Under the pieces are notes generated by a model. The model made no database searches and was not told the DNA's origin. It saw only the letters and a program-made list of their open reading frames with translations. From an uncultured Verrucomicrobiales bacterium (lineage in GTDB: Bacteria > Verrucomicrobiota > Verrucomicrobiia > Verrucomicrobiales > DEV007): 42,564 nt of DNA. The position numbers were made by a program, and so were the translations under genes. Within the stretch, counting starts at the first letter, position 1; each line of letters starts with the position of its first letter. This document shows, piece after piece, positions 20,242 to 29,241 of the stretch. Location: the NCBI GenBank assembly GCA_938091905.1, contig CALKOM010000202.1, positions 1-42,564 of the forward strand, read 5' to 3'.

Positions 20242-21822
20242 ATGTGCATGACTCTCCAAGGACACTCGATCATCGGAAACTCCGCAGTAGTCGGGACAGG
20301 TAAAGCCGGGCGCGCTATGAACCCTGCCACGGGCGAAACGTTGTCACCAGACTACCATGAAGTGAGCGAAGCTCAGGCAAACGAGGCCGTTGCAATGGCA
20401 GCGGCCGCCTTTCCCATCTACCGCAAATGTTCGATTGCTAAACGCGCCGCCTTTCTTCGCTCCATCGCCGACCAAATCGAAGCCCGCGGCGACGACTTGG
20501 CTGCCCGCGGTCCATTAGAGACGGGCTTACCCGAAGGCCGTATTAGAATGGAAACGGGCCGGACTTACGGGCAACTTCGCCTCTTTGCCAGTGTCGTTGA
20601 AGATGGATCCTGGGTGGATGCCAGGATCGACCACGCTGATCCCGATCGCCAACCTATCCCAAAGCCTGACGTGCGTTCCATGCTCCAAGGCCTCGGCCCC
20701 GTCGCCGTGTTCTGCGCTAGCAATTTCCCTCTTGCCTTCTCCGTCGCGGGTGGCGACACGGCTTCGGCACTGGCCGCCGGTTGCCCGGTCGTTGTGAAAG
20801 CGCACCACTCCCATCCCGGTGTCGCCGAAATCGTCGGCCAAGCCGTGCAAGCAGCGGGTCAATTGTGCGGACTTCCTGATGGTATTTTCTCACTGCTCTA
20901 TGGAGGCGGGAGAACGACCGGTGCCGCACTCGTTCAGCATCCTAGCATAAAGGCTGTTGGCTTTACAGGATCACTTGCAGGTGGGCGCGCACTCATGGAC
21001 CTGGCTGCAGCTCGCCCAGAGCCCATTCCCGTGTATGCCGAAATGGGCAGCCTCAATCCTGTATTCATCCTTCCCGAAGCGATGGCTGAGCGCGGCCAAG
21101 CGATTGCAGAAAGTCTCAGCGGTTCCGTTACTCTCGGTGTGGGCCAGTTCTGCACAAGCCCTGGCCTCGTCGTCGCCGCTGACGACGACCAAACGGCACA
21201 ATTCACCACAGCTCTAGCAGGGAAACAGCAAGAAGCCGCTCCCGGCGTGATGCTCAATTCGGGTATCCATGACGCCTACGAATCTAGCGTAACCCAGTTA
21301 CAAGAGCACCAGGCCGTAACGGCGTTAGCCGCTCCGGTGCAACAGGAAGGCTGCTTGGCCGATCCCGCGCTGTTCGAAGTTGCTGCTACAGACTTCATTG
21401 GTGATTCCGCACTGAGTTCTGAAGTCTTTGGACCATCCACGACAATAGTCAAACACGGCTCAAAAGCCGAATTGTTAGAGCTCGCGAAGAACCTTGAAGG
21501 GCACCTCACGGCAACCATCCATGGAACCGAAGCCGATTTAGAAGCAAATCGCAATCTCATCGACGTCCTCGAAACAAAGGTGGGTCGATTGATCGTCAAT
21601 GGCTACCCTACCGGTGTCGAAGTCTGTCAGGCCATGGTCCACGGTGGCCCTTACCCTGCAACTGCGGACGGCCGATCCACCTCCGTTGGCACACAGGCGA
21701 TCTACCGCTTCGCCCGTCCCCTCGCCTACCAAGGTTTTCCGCAAAGCCAGCTGCCACCTGAGTTGCAAGATGCCAACCCGCTGGGCGTCGCTCAGATGAT
21801 CGATGGCAATCGACACGTTTAG
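20242..21822 (+). CDS. NADP-dependent aldehyde dehydrogenase (2-ketoglutarate semialdehyde dehydrogenase-like)
   Basis: ASNFPLAFSVAGGDTASALAAGCPVVVKAH, GFTGS, AEMGSLNP, GQFCTSPG, EVFGP, PTGVEV..AMVHGGPYPAT. Confidence 0.92.
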   Translation: MCMTLQGHSIIGNSAVVGTGKAGRAMNPATGETLSPDYHEVSEAQANEAVAMAAAAFPIYRKCSIAKRAAFLRSIADQIEARGDDLAARGPLETGLPEGRIRMETGRTYGQLRLFASVVEDGSWVDARIDHADPDRQPIPKPDVRSMLQGLGPVAVFCASNFPLAFSVAGGDTASALAAGCPVVVKAHHSHPGVAEIVGQAVQAAGQLCGLPDGIFSLLYGGGRTTGAALVQHPSIKAVGFTGSLAGGRALMDLAAARPEPIPVYAEMGSLNPVFILPEAMAERGQAIAESLSGSVTLGVGQFCTSPGLVVAADDDQTAQFTTALAGKQQEAAPGVMLNSGIHDAYESSVTQLQEHQAVTALAAPVQQEGCLADPALFEVAATDFIGDSALSSEVFGPSTTIVKHGSKAELLELAKNLEGHLTATIHGTEADLEANRNLIDVLETKVGRLIVNGYPTGVEVCQAMVHGGPYPATADGRSTSVGTQAIYRFARPLAYQGFPQSQLPPELQDANPLGVAQMIDGNRHV

Positions 21823-22953
21823 CTAGACCACAGACTCGTAGACCTTAATCACGTCTTGCGCAGTCTTCTCCCATTGGAACGTCGACGCGTAAGCGATGCC
21901 CTTTTTGCGCTGAGCATCACTCCATCCAGCGGCCGAAGCTGATTCGATACAAGAAGTCATGGCTGGGACATCCGTGGGGTCAAAGGTCGCTACGAGGTCT
22001 CCAGCGATCTCTTTCATCGAGGAGGTGTTAGAACAAATGACGGGAGCACCACAGGCTAACGCTTCGATGATCGGAAACCCAAATCCTTCAAAGATCGACG
22101 GATAGATCATGAGATCGCACCCAGAGTAGAGCAGCGGCAAACTAGACAACGGGGCGAAGCCAAGAAAGATGATGTCGTCAGCGACCTTACTGGCTTTGGC
22201 ACGAGCTCGAATGTCATCGGCCCCATTCCAATCTGCTCCCGAGAAGACAAGCTGATGCGGGCTGTCGCAGTTGTCCTTAAAGGCTTGAAAGGCCTCGATC
22301 AGTCTCACATGATTCTTGGCTGGGTGCTCCAGACGCGAGACATAGGTAAAGAATGGCTGCTGCAGATCATGCTCCTCTGCTAGTTTAGCCTGAGCCTCCG
22401 CCTTGGCCACTGGCTTAAAGGTACCTCGATCGATCCCTGAGTAGATTACCGAGATCCTCTCTTCTGGATAGCCAACAATTCTAACAATATCGTCTTTGGT
22501 ATACTGACTGACAGCAATGATATGGTCCGCAGAACGAATCATGGTCGGAACGATCTTACGATTGAAGAACATACGCGCCGAATCATACTTCCTATCAATT
22601 GCAAAGGTGGCCAGATCATGCACCGTCGCCACGATCTTAGATCGCTTGGCCACCGGAATGCGTCGGTAGCTTGGGATGTGGAGCACGTCATACGAGCTAG
22701 CACGACTCGATAGCGGAAAGACCGAATTGTGCCAGGCGATGTTGGCAACAGGATGTTTTATCCAGGATGCGAAAAGCTGCTTTGAGAAGCGTTCGTTGCT
22801 CAATGGGATAAGATGCTCTTCGTCCCGTGCGATCAGCAGTTCATATTCATTCGTTTGATCCTCCAACTGCAGGTATTTCGCGAGCGTCCGAATATAGGAG
22901 GCCACCCCTGATTTCCCACCCTGCATCACGAATGTAGATACCCCGATCCTCAT
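21823..22953 (-). CDS. Glycosyltransferase family 4 (GT-B, MtfB/WbaZ-like)
   Basis: SGVASY, ATVHDL, IAVSQYTK.DI, KNHVRLIEAF, YPSIFEGFGFPIIEALACGAPVICSN. Confidence 0.92.
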   Translation of the reverse strand: MRIGVSTFVMQGGKSGVASYIRTLAKYLQLEDQTNEYELLIARDEEHLIPLSNERFSKQLFASWIKHPVANIAWHNSVFPLSSRASSYDVLHIPSYRRIPVAKRSKIVATVHDLATFAIDRKYDSARMFFNRKIVPTMIRSADHIIAVSQYTKDDIVRIVGYPEERISVIYSGIDRGTFKPVAKAEAQAKLAEEHDLQQPFFTYVSRLEHPAKNHVRLIEAFQAFKDNCDSPHQLVFSGADWNGADDIRARAKASKVADDIIFLGFAPLSSLPLLYSGCDLMIYPSIFEGFGFPIIEALACGAPVICSNTSSMKEIAGDLVATFDPTDVPAMTSCIESASAAGWSDAQRKKGIAYASTFQWEKTAQDVIKVYESVV

Positions 22954-23183
22954 TGAAACGGCATCCTAGGTGCGGCCAACCTAACTTCAAGATGAAGCTG
23001 GATTTTACTAAAAACCCTTAAAAATCGTGTAACCGGAATCTCTCAATTACGATAAAATTATTAATTGCAACTAGAATACACGACTTAGAAGTATTACCAC
23101 AAAAAAGCAATCATTCCACACCGACTGTATCACTTCCGCTACTTCTACTCCTCACCCACCCCCACCCCCAACTACCAGTCCAA
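22954..23183. promoter_or_regulatory. AT-rich divergent promoter region between the GT4 gene and the NRPS operon
   Basis: Strong AT enrichment at ~23000-23110 relative to flanks. Inverted 7-mers tcgtgta (~23025) and tacacga (~23077). C-rich leader without SD before ATG 23184. Exact promoter elements not assignable. Confidence 0.5.
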
Positions 23184-24458
23184 ATGCACTTAAGATTCCT
23201 CGCCTGCATGATCTTGATGATCAGTATGGCAGGCGCTTATGCCCACCAAGTGGGCGAGAGCTACCTGTTTCTCAAGGTTTTCGAGAACCATCTGGAATGT
23301 CGGGTACACACGACGGTTTCCGATCTCGATGATACCCTCTCCATCGACACGAACGGCGACGGCAAGGTCACCGAAGATGAATTGAAGGCCAAGCTGACCG
23401 ATGCGACCAGCTACATCAGCAACCACGTAGCGATCGCCGCTGAAGGCCAGCCGCTGCAGCTAGACTATACCGGCTACGAGATGCTGAAGATCTCGCTCGG
23501 CCAATTTGTCGTCTTCAAATACCGCACGCCAGACCTCGCTCCCGTGCCTGACATTATCGATGTGAGCATGTCTGTCTTCTTCGATTCTGATCCCAAACAG
23601 AGAGCCCGAGTCGTGCTGGAGGAGAACGCCAAGACGGGAGAAATAAATAATGTGGAACGGGTGGCGCTTGATTTCGAACCCGGTGACGGTGCCAAACAGC
23701 TGGATCTCACGCAGAAGTATACTCCGCTCAACGAGTTCCGTCGCTTTGTGTGGGAAGGCATTTGGCACATTTGGATCGGCCTGGATCATATTCTCTTCCT
23801 CGCAGCGCTCGTGCTTCCAGCCGTGCTCATTCTGAGCAACAGCCAGTGGAGCACTGTGGATAGCTTTCGGCCAGCACTGTGGAATGTGGTGAAGATCGTC
23901 ACGTGTTTCACCGTCGCCCACTCTATCACATTCAGTCTGGCAGCATTGGGAGTCGTCTCTCTCTCATCGAGAGTCGTCGAGTCTATCATTGCCCTTTCGG
24001 TTTTCCTCGCCGCAATGAATAACATCTGGCCGGTCGGGAAGCAGCAAACTTGGGTCATCGTCTTTGTGTTTGGGCTCTTCCATGGGTTTGGATTCGCCAG
24101 CGTCTTTGGGGATCTCTTAAGTGACGATGCCCTTGTCGTGCCTCTCATCGGGTTTAACGTCGGCGTCGAAGTTGGGCAAGTTGCTATTCTCCTAGCACTT
24201 TTTCCTATTCTCTTCGTGCTCCGGGATCGGAAAGACATCGTCGGAGCCGCTGTGCTCATTGGCGCCGCTTTGGTCATTGGCTATCTAATCGCTGAACCCT
24301 GGTGGATTCTTGTCGCTATTTCTCTATTATTTCCCGTGCTCTACGTAACGAGAAGTAAGAATAAGCCTTACATTCACGCCATTCTCTACGGCGGCTCTGC
24401 CGTCATTGCACTCCGTGCGCTTGTATGGTTTATTGAACGCGCTTTCGATCTCGGGTAA
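23184..24458 (+). CDS. HupE/UreJ-family membrane protein with N-terminal extracytoplasmic domain
   Basis: Signal ..AYAHQ; EF-hand-like DTNGDGKVTEDEL; GIWHIWIGLDHILFL, FTVAHSITFSLA, VESIIALSV, FGLFHGFGFA, FNVGVEVGQ. Confidence 0.9.
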   Translation: MHLRFLACMILMISMAGAYAHQVGESYLFLKVFENHLECRVHTTVSDLDDTLSIDTNGDGKVTEDELKAKLTDATSYISNHVAIAAEGQPLQLDYTGYEMLKISLGQFVVFKYRTPDLAPVPDIIDVSMSVFFDSDPKQRARVVLEENAKTGEINNVERVALDFEPGDGAKQLDLTQKYTPLNEFRRFVWEGIWHIWIGLDHILFLAALVLPAVLILSNSQWSTVDSFRPALWNVVKIVTCFTVAHSITFSLAALGVVSLSSRVVESIIALSVFLAAMNNIWPVGKQQTWVIVFVFGLFHGFGFASVFGDLLSDDALVVPLIGFNVGVEVGQVAILLALFPILFVLRDRKDIVGAAVLIGAALVIGYLIAEPWWILVAISLLFPVLYVTRSKNKPYIHAILYGGSAVIALRALVWFIERAFDLG

Positions 24459-24465
24459 TTAATTT

Positions 24466-25164
24466 ATGAAAGGCTTTCTTTCACGTACTCGACGTTGGGC
24501 ATTAATTCCAGCACTCCTTCTTAGTGTACTAGGATCAATGCTCGTTCTTCGACAGTGGCGCCACATGGGCAAACACCTGTGGGAGCCTCTGGTCGTTCCT
24601 TTGACCATTACAGAAGGTCAAACAGTGAATGGTCAGTTCACGGCCGAACTCTCCGAAGCCTACGAGGTGGAACTAAAGATCGACTGGTCTCTTCCTAACG
24701 AGACTCTTGATAGGCTGATCTACATCAGTGAAGGCACGGCACCTTTAGACATCCAATGGAATGTCCGACATGGCCAAAAAATTGTCGCTCAGGGAGACTG
24801 CCGAGATTACCTTTATCTTTCTGAAGGCGGACACTACAGAAAGAGCAAGATAAATGACGCTCTCCTCAATATCCCATTTCACCGACAGTCTTCTACCGGA
24901 ACACTTTCCCGCGGTGTCGGTAGGTTTCAAGCCGAAGCAGCCAACACCTATCAAGTAAGTGTTAAGGTGAATGCGACCATTGACGAACTGAACGTTGCCA
25001 ATCCGCGATGGGTGATTCGACTCAGTCGCGCTTTCTGGACTCGCCACCTCGATGAACTTAGGCGCTCCGCTTACGTGGGTTATATCTTCCTCGGCATAGC
25101 AGGTGCGTCCTTCCTCTGGTTCCTACTTGGCACCCTGTGTCAGCGAAACATCTCCTCCAGCTAA
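24466..25164 (+). CDS. Hypothetical membrane protein (N- and C-terminal TM helices around a soluble domain)
   Basis: 232 aa ORF tightly coupled to both neighbours (7 nt and 3 nt gaps); hydrophobic segments at both ends. Confidence 0.7.
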   Translation: MKGFLSRTRRWALIPALLLSVLGSMLVLRQWRHMGKHLWEPLVVPLTITEGQTVNGQFTAELSEAYEVELKIDWSLPNETLDRLIYISEGTAPLDIQWNVRHGQKIVAQGDCRDYLYLSEGGHYRKSKINDALLNIPFHRQSSTGTLSRGVGRFQAEAANTYQVSVKVNATIDELNVANPRWVIRLSRAFWTRHLDELRRSAYVGYIFLGIAGASFLWFLLGTLCQRNISSS

Positions 25165-25167
25165 CAG

Positions 25168-26244
25168 ATGGATACGCTCATCATCGATAGACACGATATC
25201 CGGCGCCTCGTCGATAGCGTCGGATTGGACACTCTAATGAGGGAACTGATCACCCGACTCAAGACCTCATTCGCGAGTTTCCAATCAGGCGATATCAGCA
25301 CGCCTGCTCGCTCGGGCTTCTCCTACCATCGTCCTCAACTTGGCCTCGTCGAATGGATGCCAGCCATGCAAACCGGCGGTCCCGTGTGTGTGAAGATAGT
25401 CGGCTATCATCCGAGCAATCCATCCACCCTCAATCTACCGACCATTCTTTCGACCACCTCTTTATACGATACTCGAACAGGACATCTCTTGGGTTTAGCA
25501 GATGCCACCTTTCTGACCGCCTTACGCACAGGCGCCGCGTCTGCTGTGGCCACCAGTTGGCTGGCACAAGAAGACTCCAAGGTACTTGGTCTGATCGGAT
25601 GTGGGGCTCAAGCGGTGACTCAAGCTCATGCCATCTCTCTTGCCTTGCCTAAGTTGCAAGAGATCCTGTTCTTTGACACTGATAGCAGCACGATGACCTC
25701 GCTGCCGGCTCGCCTGGCACCGCTCAGACTCAAGGCTTCGGCCAAAGCTGCCGCACTAGATCAACTGATGCCAAAGGCGGACATTCTCTGCACTGCGACT
25801 TCTGTCGACGTGGCCGGAGGGCCCGTGTTCACCGAAGGCACGGAGAAGTCATCGCTACACATCAATGCCGTCGGATCAGACTTCCCAGGCAAGACGGAAG
25901 TTCCACTAGCACTCCTCCGTCGAGCTAGGGTCTGCCCCGACTTCAGAGATCAAGCCATCGCCGAAGGAGAGTGTCAGCAACTGCGTCCCGATGAAATCGG
26001 CGTTGACCTTGCGACCATCGCCGGGAATCCGGAAGACTTTGCCCACTATCGAGACGAGCAGACGGTCTTCGATTCAACGGGGTGGGCGGTCGAAGATCTC
26101 GCCGCCATGGAAATGGTCATGGGATACGCCGAAGAACTTCAGTTAGGCCAGCGGGTCGAATTAGAATCCGTGTTCGAAGACCCCATGAATCCCTACGAGT
26201 TCGACGCCCCCGCCCCCCTGATCGCTCACGCGTCTTCTTTTTAG
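25168..26244 (+). CDS. Lysine/ornithine cyclodeaminase (RapL/PipA-like)
   Basis: LVEWMP, NLPTI, LTALRTGAASAVAT, IGCGAQAVTQAHA, TSV.V.GGPV, GKTE, EGECQQL, VFDSTG, C-terminal ES..ED..PY. These match my recollection of the RapL-type subfamily. Confidence 0.88.
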   Translation: MDTLIIDRHDIRRLVDSVGLDTLMRELITRLKTSFASFQSGDISTPARSGFSYHRPQLGLVEWMPAMQTGGPVCVKIVGYHPSNPSTLNLPTILSTTSLYDTRTGHLLGLADATFLTALRTGAASAVATSWLAQEDSKVLGLIGCGAQAVTQAHAISLALPKLQEILFFDTDSSTMTSLPARLAPLRLKASAKAAALDQLMPKADILCTATSVDVAGGPVFTEGTEKSSLHINAVGSDFPGKTEVPLALLRRARVCPDFRDQAIAEGECQQLRPDEIGVDLATIAGNPEDFAHYRDEQTVFDSTGWAVEDLAAMEMVMGYAEELQLGQRVELESVFEDPMNPYEFDAPAPLIAHASSF

Positions 26245-26245
26245 C

Positions 26246-27394
26246 ATGCACCCAGTGTTCGACAACTCTCATCTTGCTCAGAAAGCAGAGGCTTACGACT
26301 TTGCCCGGGAGCATTTGCAGTCGGACATGGTTGCGGCAGATCGCGCTGCCACGTTCCCCAGAGACCTGTGGATTGCTTGCGCGCGTCAAGGCATCCAAGG
26401 GTTGGCGGCTCCCGAGGATCATGGGGGCAAGGGAGACGTCGATTTGCTCACAAGCATGCTCGTGATGGAAGGGCTTGGCAAAGGATGCCGTGACAATGGC
26501 TTATGCTTTGCCCTCAACGCGCAGATGTGGACAGTTCAGTTGCCCATTGTCGACTTTGGATCGGATGAACAGAAGGCCAAGTATCTCCCTCGGTTTATAA
26601 GCGGAGAGATCATCGGATGTCATGCGGTAACCGAACCTAACCACGGTTCCGACGCGTTCAGCATGGAAACGCATGCAGAGAAAGTTGAGGGAGGATACCG
26701 ACTCAACGGCACGAAACGCCTAGTTTCCCTCGCCCCCATTGCCGATGTCGCCCTGCTCTTCGCCACCATCAATCCAGAGCTCGGCAAGTGGGGAGTGACG
26801 GCGTTTCTGGTCGATCTGCATGCAGAGGGGATCAGCGTGAGTCCGCCTCAAGAGAAGATGGGGCTGAGAACCGTTCCCATCGGCGAGATTCACCTGAAAG
26901 ATCATTTCCTAGCAGAGAGCCAACGCCTCGGACCTGAGGGAGCAGGTGCCAGCATTTCCAATCACTCCTTAGAAATCGAACGTTGCTCCATCCTGGCCAG
27001 CCAACTCGGCGCCATGGAGCGCCAACTCGACGAGAGTGTGGCACGCGCCAAGTCACGCAAGCAATTCGGAAAGCCGATTGGCCAATTCCAATCCGTCTCC
27101 AACCGACTGGCAGACATGAAGCTGCGACTCGAAACAACGCGCCTCCTGCTCTACCAAGTCGCCTGGCTGAAAGAGCGCAAGCAGCCGGCCATGATGGAGT
27201 CCGCAATGCTTAAGCTGCACCTTAGTGAATCGTTTCTGGCGTCGAGCATGGATGCGATTCGCACCTTCGGGGGCGATGGCTACCTCACAGAGACCGAAGT
27301 CGAACGCGATCTGCGAGACGCCGTAGGCGGGGTCCTCTATGCTGGGACCTCCGATATTCAGAGAAACATCATTGCCAGTATGCTCGGTCTGTAA
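26246..27394 (+). CDS. Acyl-CoA dehydrogenase-family protein, aminoacyl-PCP dehydrogenase (PltE/RedW/AnaB-like)
   Basis: MEGLGKGCRDNGL, TEP.HGSDA, KMGLRT.P, ER..IL, RKQFGKPIGQFQ, FGGDGY, ERDLRDA...LYAGTSDIQR; adjacent to a stand-alone A domain and PCP. Confidence 0.88.
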   Translation: MHPVFDNSHLAQKAEAYDFAREHLQSDMVAADRAATFPRDLWIACARQGIQGLAAPEDHGGKGDVDLLTSMLVMEGLGKGCRDNGLCFALNAQMWTVQLPIVDFGSDEQKAKYLPRFISGEIIGCHAVTEPNHGSDAFSMETHAEKVEGGYRLNGTKRLVSLAPIADVALLFATINPELGKWGVTAFLVDLHAEGISVSPPQEKMGLRTVPIGEIHLKDHFLAESQRLGPEGAGASISNHSLEIERCSILASQLGAMERQLDESVARAKSRKQFGKPIGQFQSVSNRLADMKLRLETTRLLLYQVAWLKERKQPAMMESAMLKLHLSESFLASSMDAIRTFGGDGYLTETEVERDLRDAVGGVLYAGTSDIQRNIIASMLGL

Positions 27395-27403
27395 ATAGTT
27401 CGC

Positions 27404-28981
27404 ATGGTCTTTCTTCTTCCAGATGCTGTCACTGAAGCGGCCCAAGTAGCGTCCGAGCGAACGGCCATTGTTTGTCGCAAGGAAAGTCTCTCTTATGGGC
27501 AGCTTGAACAACGCTCCAATCAGCTAGCTCGAACGCTGGTCGATCAAGGGGTAATCCGAGGCGACCGCGTCGGGATCTTTCTCGATAAGAGCATCGAAAG
27601 CGCGATCACACTCTACGGTATCATGAAAGCCGGCGCCGCGTATGTGCCACTGGATGTCTCCGCACCACCCGCTCGACTCGACTACGTCGTCAAACACTGC
27701 GGGATTCATCATCTGGTCACCGCCCCAAACAAGCGACGCGGACTCGTTCAACTGCTCGCCTCCTCGGATAGCCCTATCGAATGTTTGATAGGTGCGCCTG
27801 CAATCGAAGGCATCCGTGCCAGACATATTTCGTGGAAAGATATTTCTCTCACAAGCTCCTCGCACATTGAAAGTGGCTGCCTCGATCAAGATCTTGCCTA
27901 CATCATGTACACCAGCGGCTCCACGGGCGAGCCCAAAGGCATCATGCACTCTCATGCCAGCGGCTTGAGCTATGCCAAATGGGCCCATGATGTCTACAGC
28001 CTCCGCGCTGAAGATCGTCTGACCAACCATGCCCCGCTCCATTTCGACCTATCCACATTCGATTTCTTTGCCGGCGCCCTAGCAGGTGCCACGACCGTGA
28101 TCGTAGGAGACGAGTATCTCAAACTCCCCGCAAGCTACTCACAGCTGCTTGCCGATGAGAAGATCACCACGTTCTTCACCGTACCTTACACGCTGACCCA
28201 GCTACTCACACGCGGAGCACTCGACCAACGCGATCTCACCGCGCTGCGATGGATTATCTTTGGAGGTGAACCCTTTCCGATGAAGTACCTTGTCAGCCTC
28301 ATGGCAGCCCTCCCTCATGCACGCTTCAGTAATATGTACGGACCCGCCGAAGTGAACGGCTGCACCTACTATCATGTTCCCCGCCCCATTGAGGACGAAG
28401 AGACGCCTATCCCTATCGGAACGACATGGCGCAACGCCGACGCTCTGATCGTAGACGAGGACGATCACATCCTGACAGACAACACACCAGGCGAATTACT
28501 CATTCGCAGTAGCACCATGATGCAGGGCTACTGGAATCGCCCAGATCTCAATAAGCTTGCCTTCGCCAAACTCGCAGGCACCGAGGAGCACCCGCACTAC
28601 TACTATTGCACGGGAGACCTTGTCGAGCGACTCGATGATGGAAACCTCAAGTTTCTTGGGCGTAAGGATCGCCAAATCAAAACACGGGGCTACCGCGTGG
28701 AACTCGATGAAGTAGAAGCCTCCGTGCTCAAGCTCGCACCGGTGGAAGAAGCTGCCGCGTTCGCCGTCCCCGACGGCGAAGGTTCTCTGGCAATCCACGT
28801 CGCCGTCATCCTCGCGCCTGAAAGTAATCAGGTCACCTCCATCGATCTCCTGAAAACCCTGAAAGAAATGCTCCCCTGGTACAGCGTGCCACAGAAGCTG
28901 ACGACGGAGTTCACGTTTCCACGCACCACCAGCGGCAAGATCGACCGACGTGCCTTACAAACTCGAGCCGCGCAGGCCTAA
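27404..28981 (+). CDS. Stand-alone amino acid adenylation enzyme (PltF/RedM/AnaC-like)
   Basis: YIMYTSGSTGEPKG, NHAPLHFDLSTFD, NMYGPAE, TGD, GRKDRQIKTRGYRVELDEVE, PRTTSGKIDR; pocket code read by eye DLFFIGMGCK. Confidence 0.92.
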   Translation: MVFLLPDAVTEAAQVASERTAIVCRKESLSYGQLEQRSNQLARTLVDQGVIRGDRVGIFLDKSIESAITLYGIMKAGAAYVPLDVSAPPARLDYVVKHCGIHHLVTAPNKRRGLVQLLASSDSPIECLIGAPAIEGIRARHISWKDISLTSSSHIESGCLDQDLAYIMYTSGSTGEPKGIMHSHASGLSYAKWAHDVYSLRAEDRLTNHAPLHFDLSTFDFFAGALAGATTVIVGDEYLKLPASYSQLLADEKITTFFTVPYTLTQLLTRGALDQRDLTALRWIIFGGEPFPMKYLVSLMAALPHARFSNMYGPAEVNGCTYYHVPRPIEDEETPIPIGTTWRNADALIVDEDDHILTDNTPGELLIRSSTMMQGYWNRPDLNKLAFAKLAGTEEHPHYYYCTGDLVERLDDGNLKFLGRKDRQIKTRGYRVELDEVEASVLKLAPVEEAAAFAVPDGEGSLAIHVAVILAPESNQVTSIDLLKTLKEMLPWYSVPQKLTTEFTFPRTTSGKIDRRALQTRAAQA

Positions 28982-28989
28982 CTACATTC

Positions 28990-29241
28990 ATGTCTGACAA
29001 TCGCTCCCTCATTCGAGACTTCATTCTCCACGAACTGCTGAACGGCGAGCAAGCAGACGAACTTGAGTTCGATACGAACCTCCTCGTGTCTGGGCTGGTC
29101 GACTCACTGGGAATGGTCAGACTGATTGCTCATCTTGAAGAGAAGCTCAGCGTCAAGATCCCACCGGAAGACGTCACCATTGAAAACTTCATCAGCATCG
29201 ATGTCATGGCTGACTACCTTAAGACCGTTCAAACATCCTAA
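28990..29241 (+). CDS. Stand-alone acyl/peptidyl carrier protein (PltL/RedO-like)
   Basis: 83 aa acidic protein with the SGLVDSLG phosphopantetheine site and the IPPEDVTIENF tail. Confidence 0.92.
   Translation: MSDNRSLIRDFILHELLNGEQADELEFDTNLLVSGLVDSLGMVRLIAHLEEKLSVKIPPEDVTIENFISIDVMADYLKTVQTS

Noticed and set aside
20242..21822. Aldehyde dehydrogenase as part of the NRPS cluster
   Set aside because: It is separated from the operon by the oppositely oriented GT4 gene and looks like a common catabolic KGSADH-type enzyme.
27404..29241. DltA/DltC D-alanylation system
   Set aside because: No DltB/DltD or MBOAT gene is present; the HAPLHFDLS motif and the adjacent dehydrogenase fit the PltF/PltL/PltE family better.
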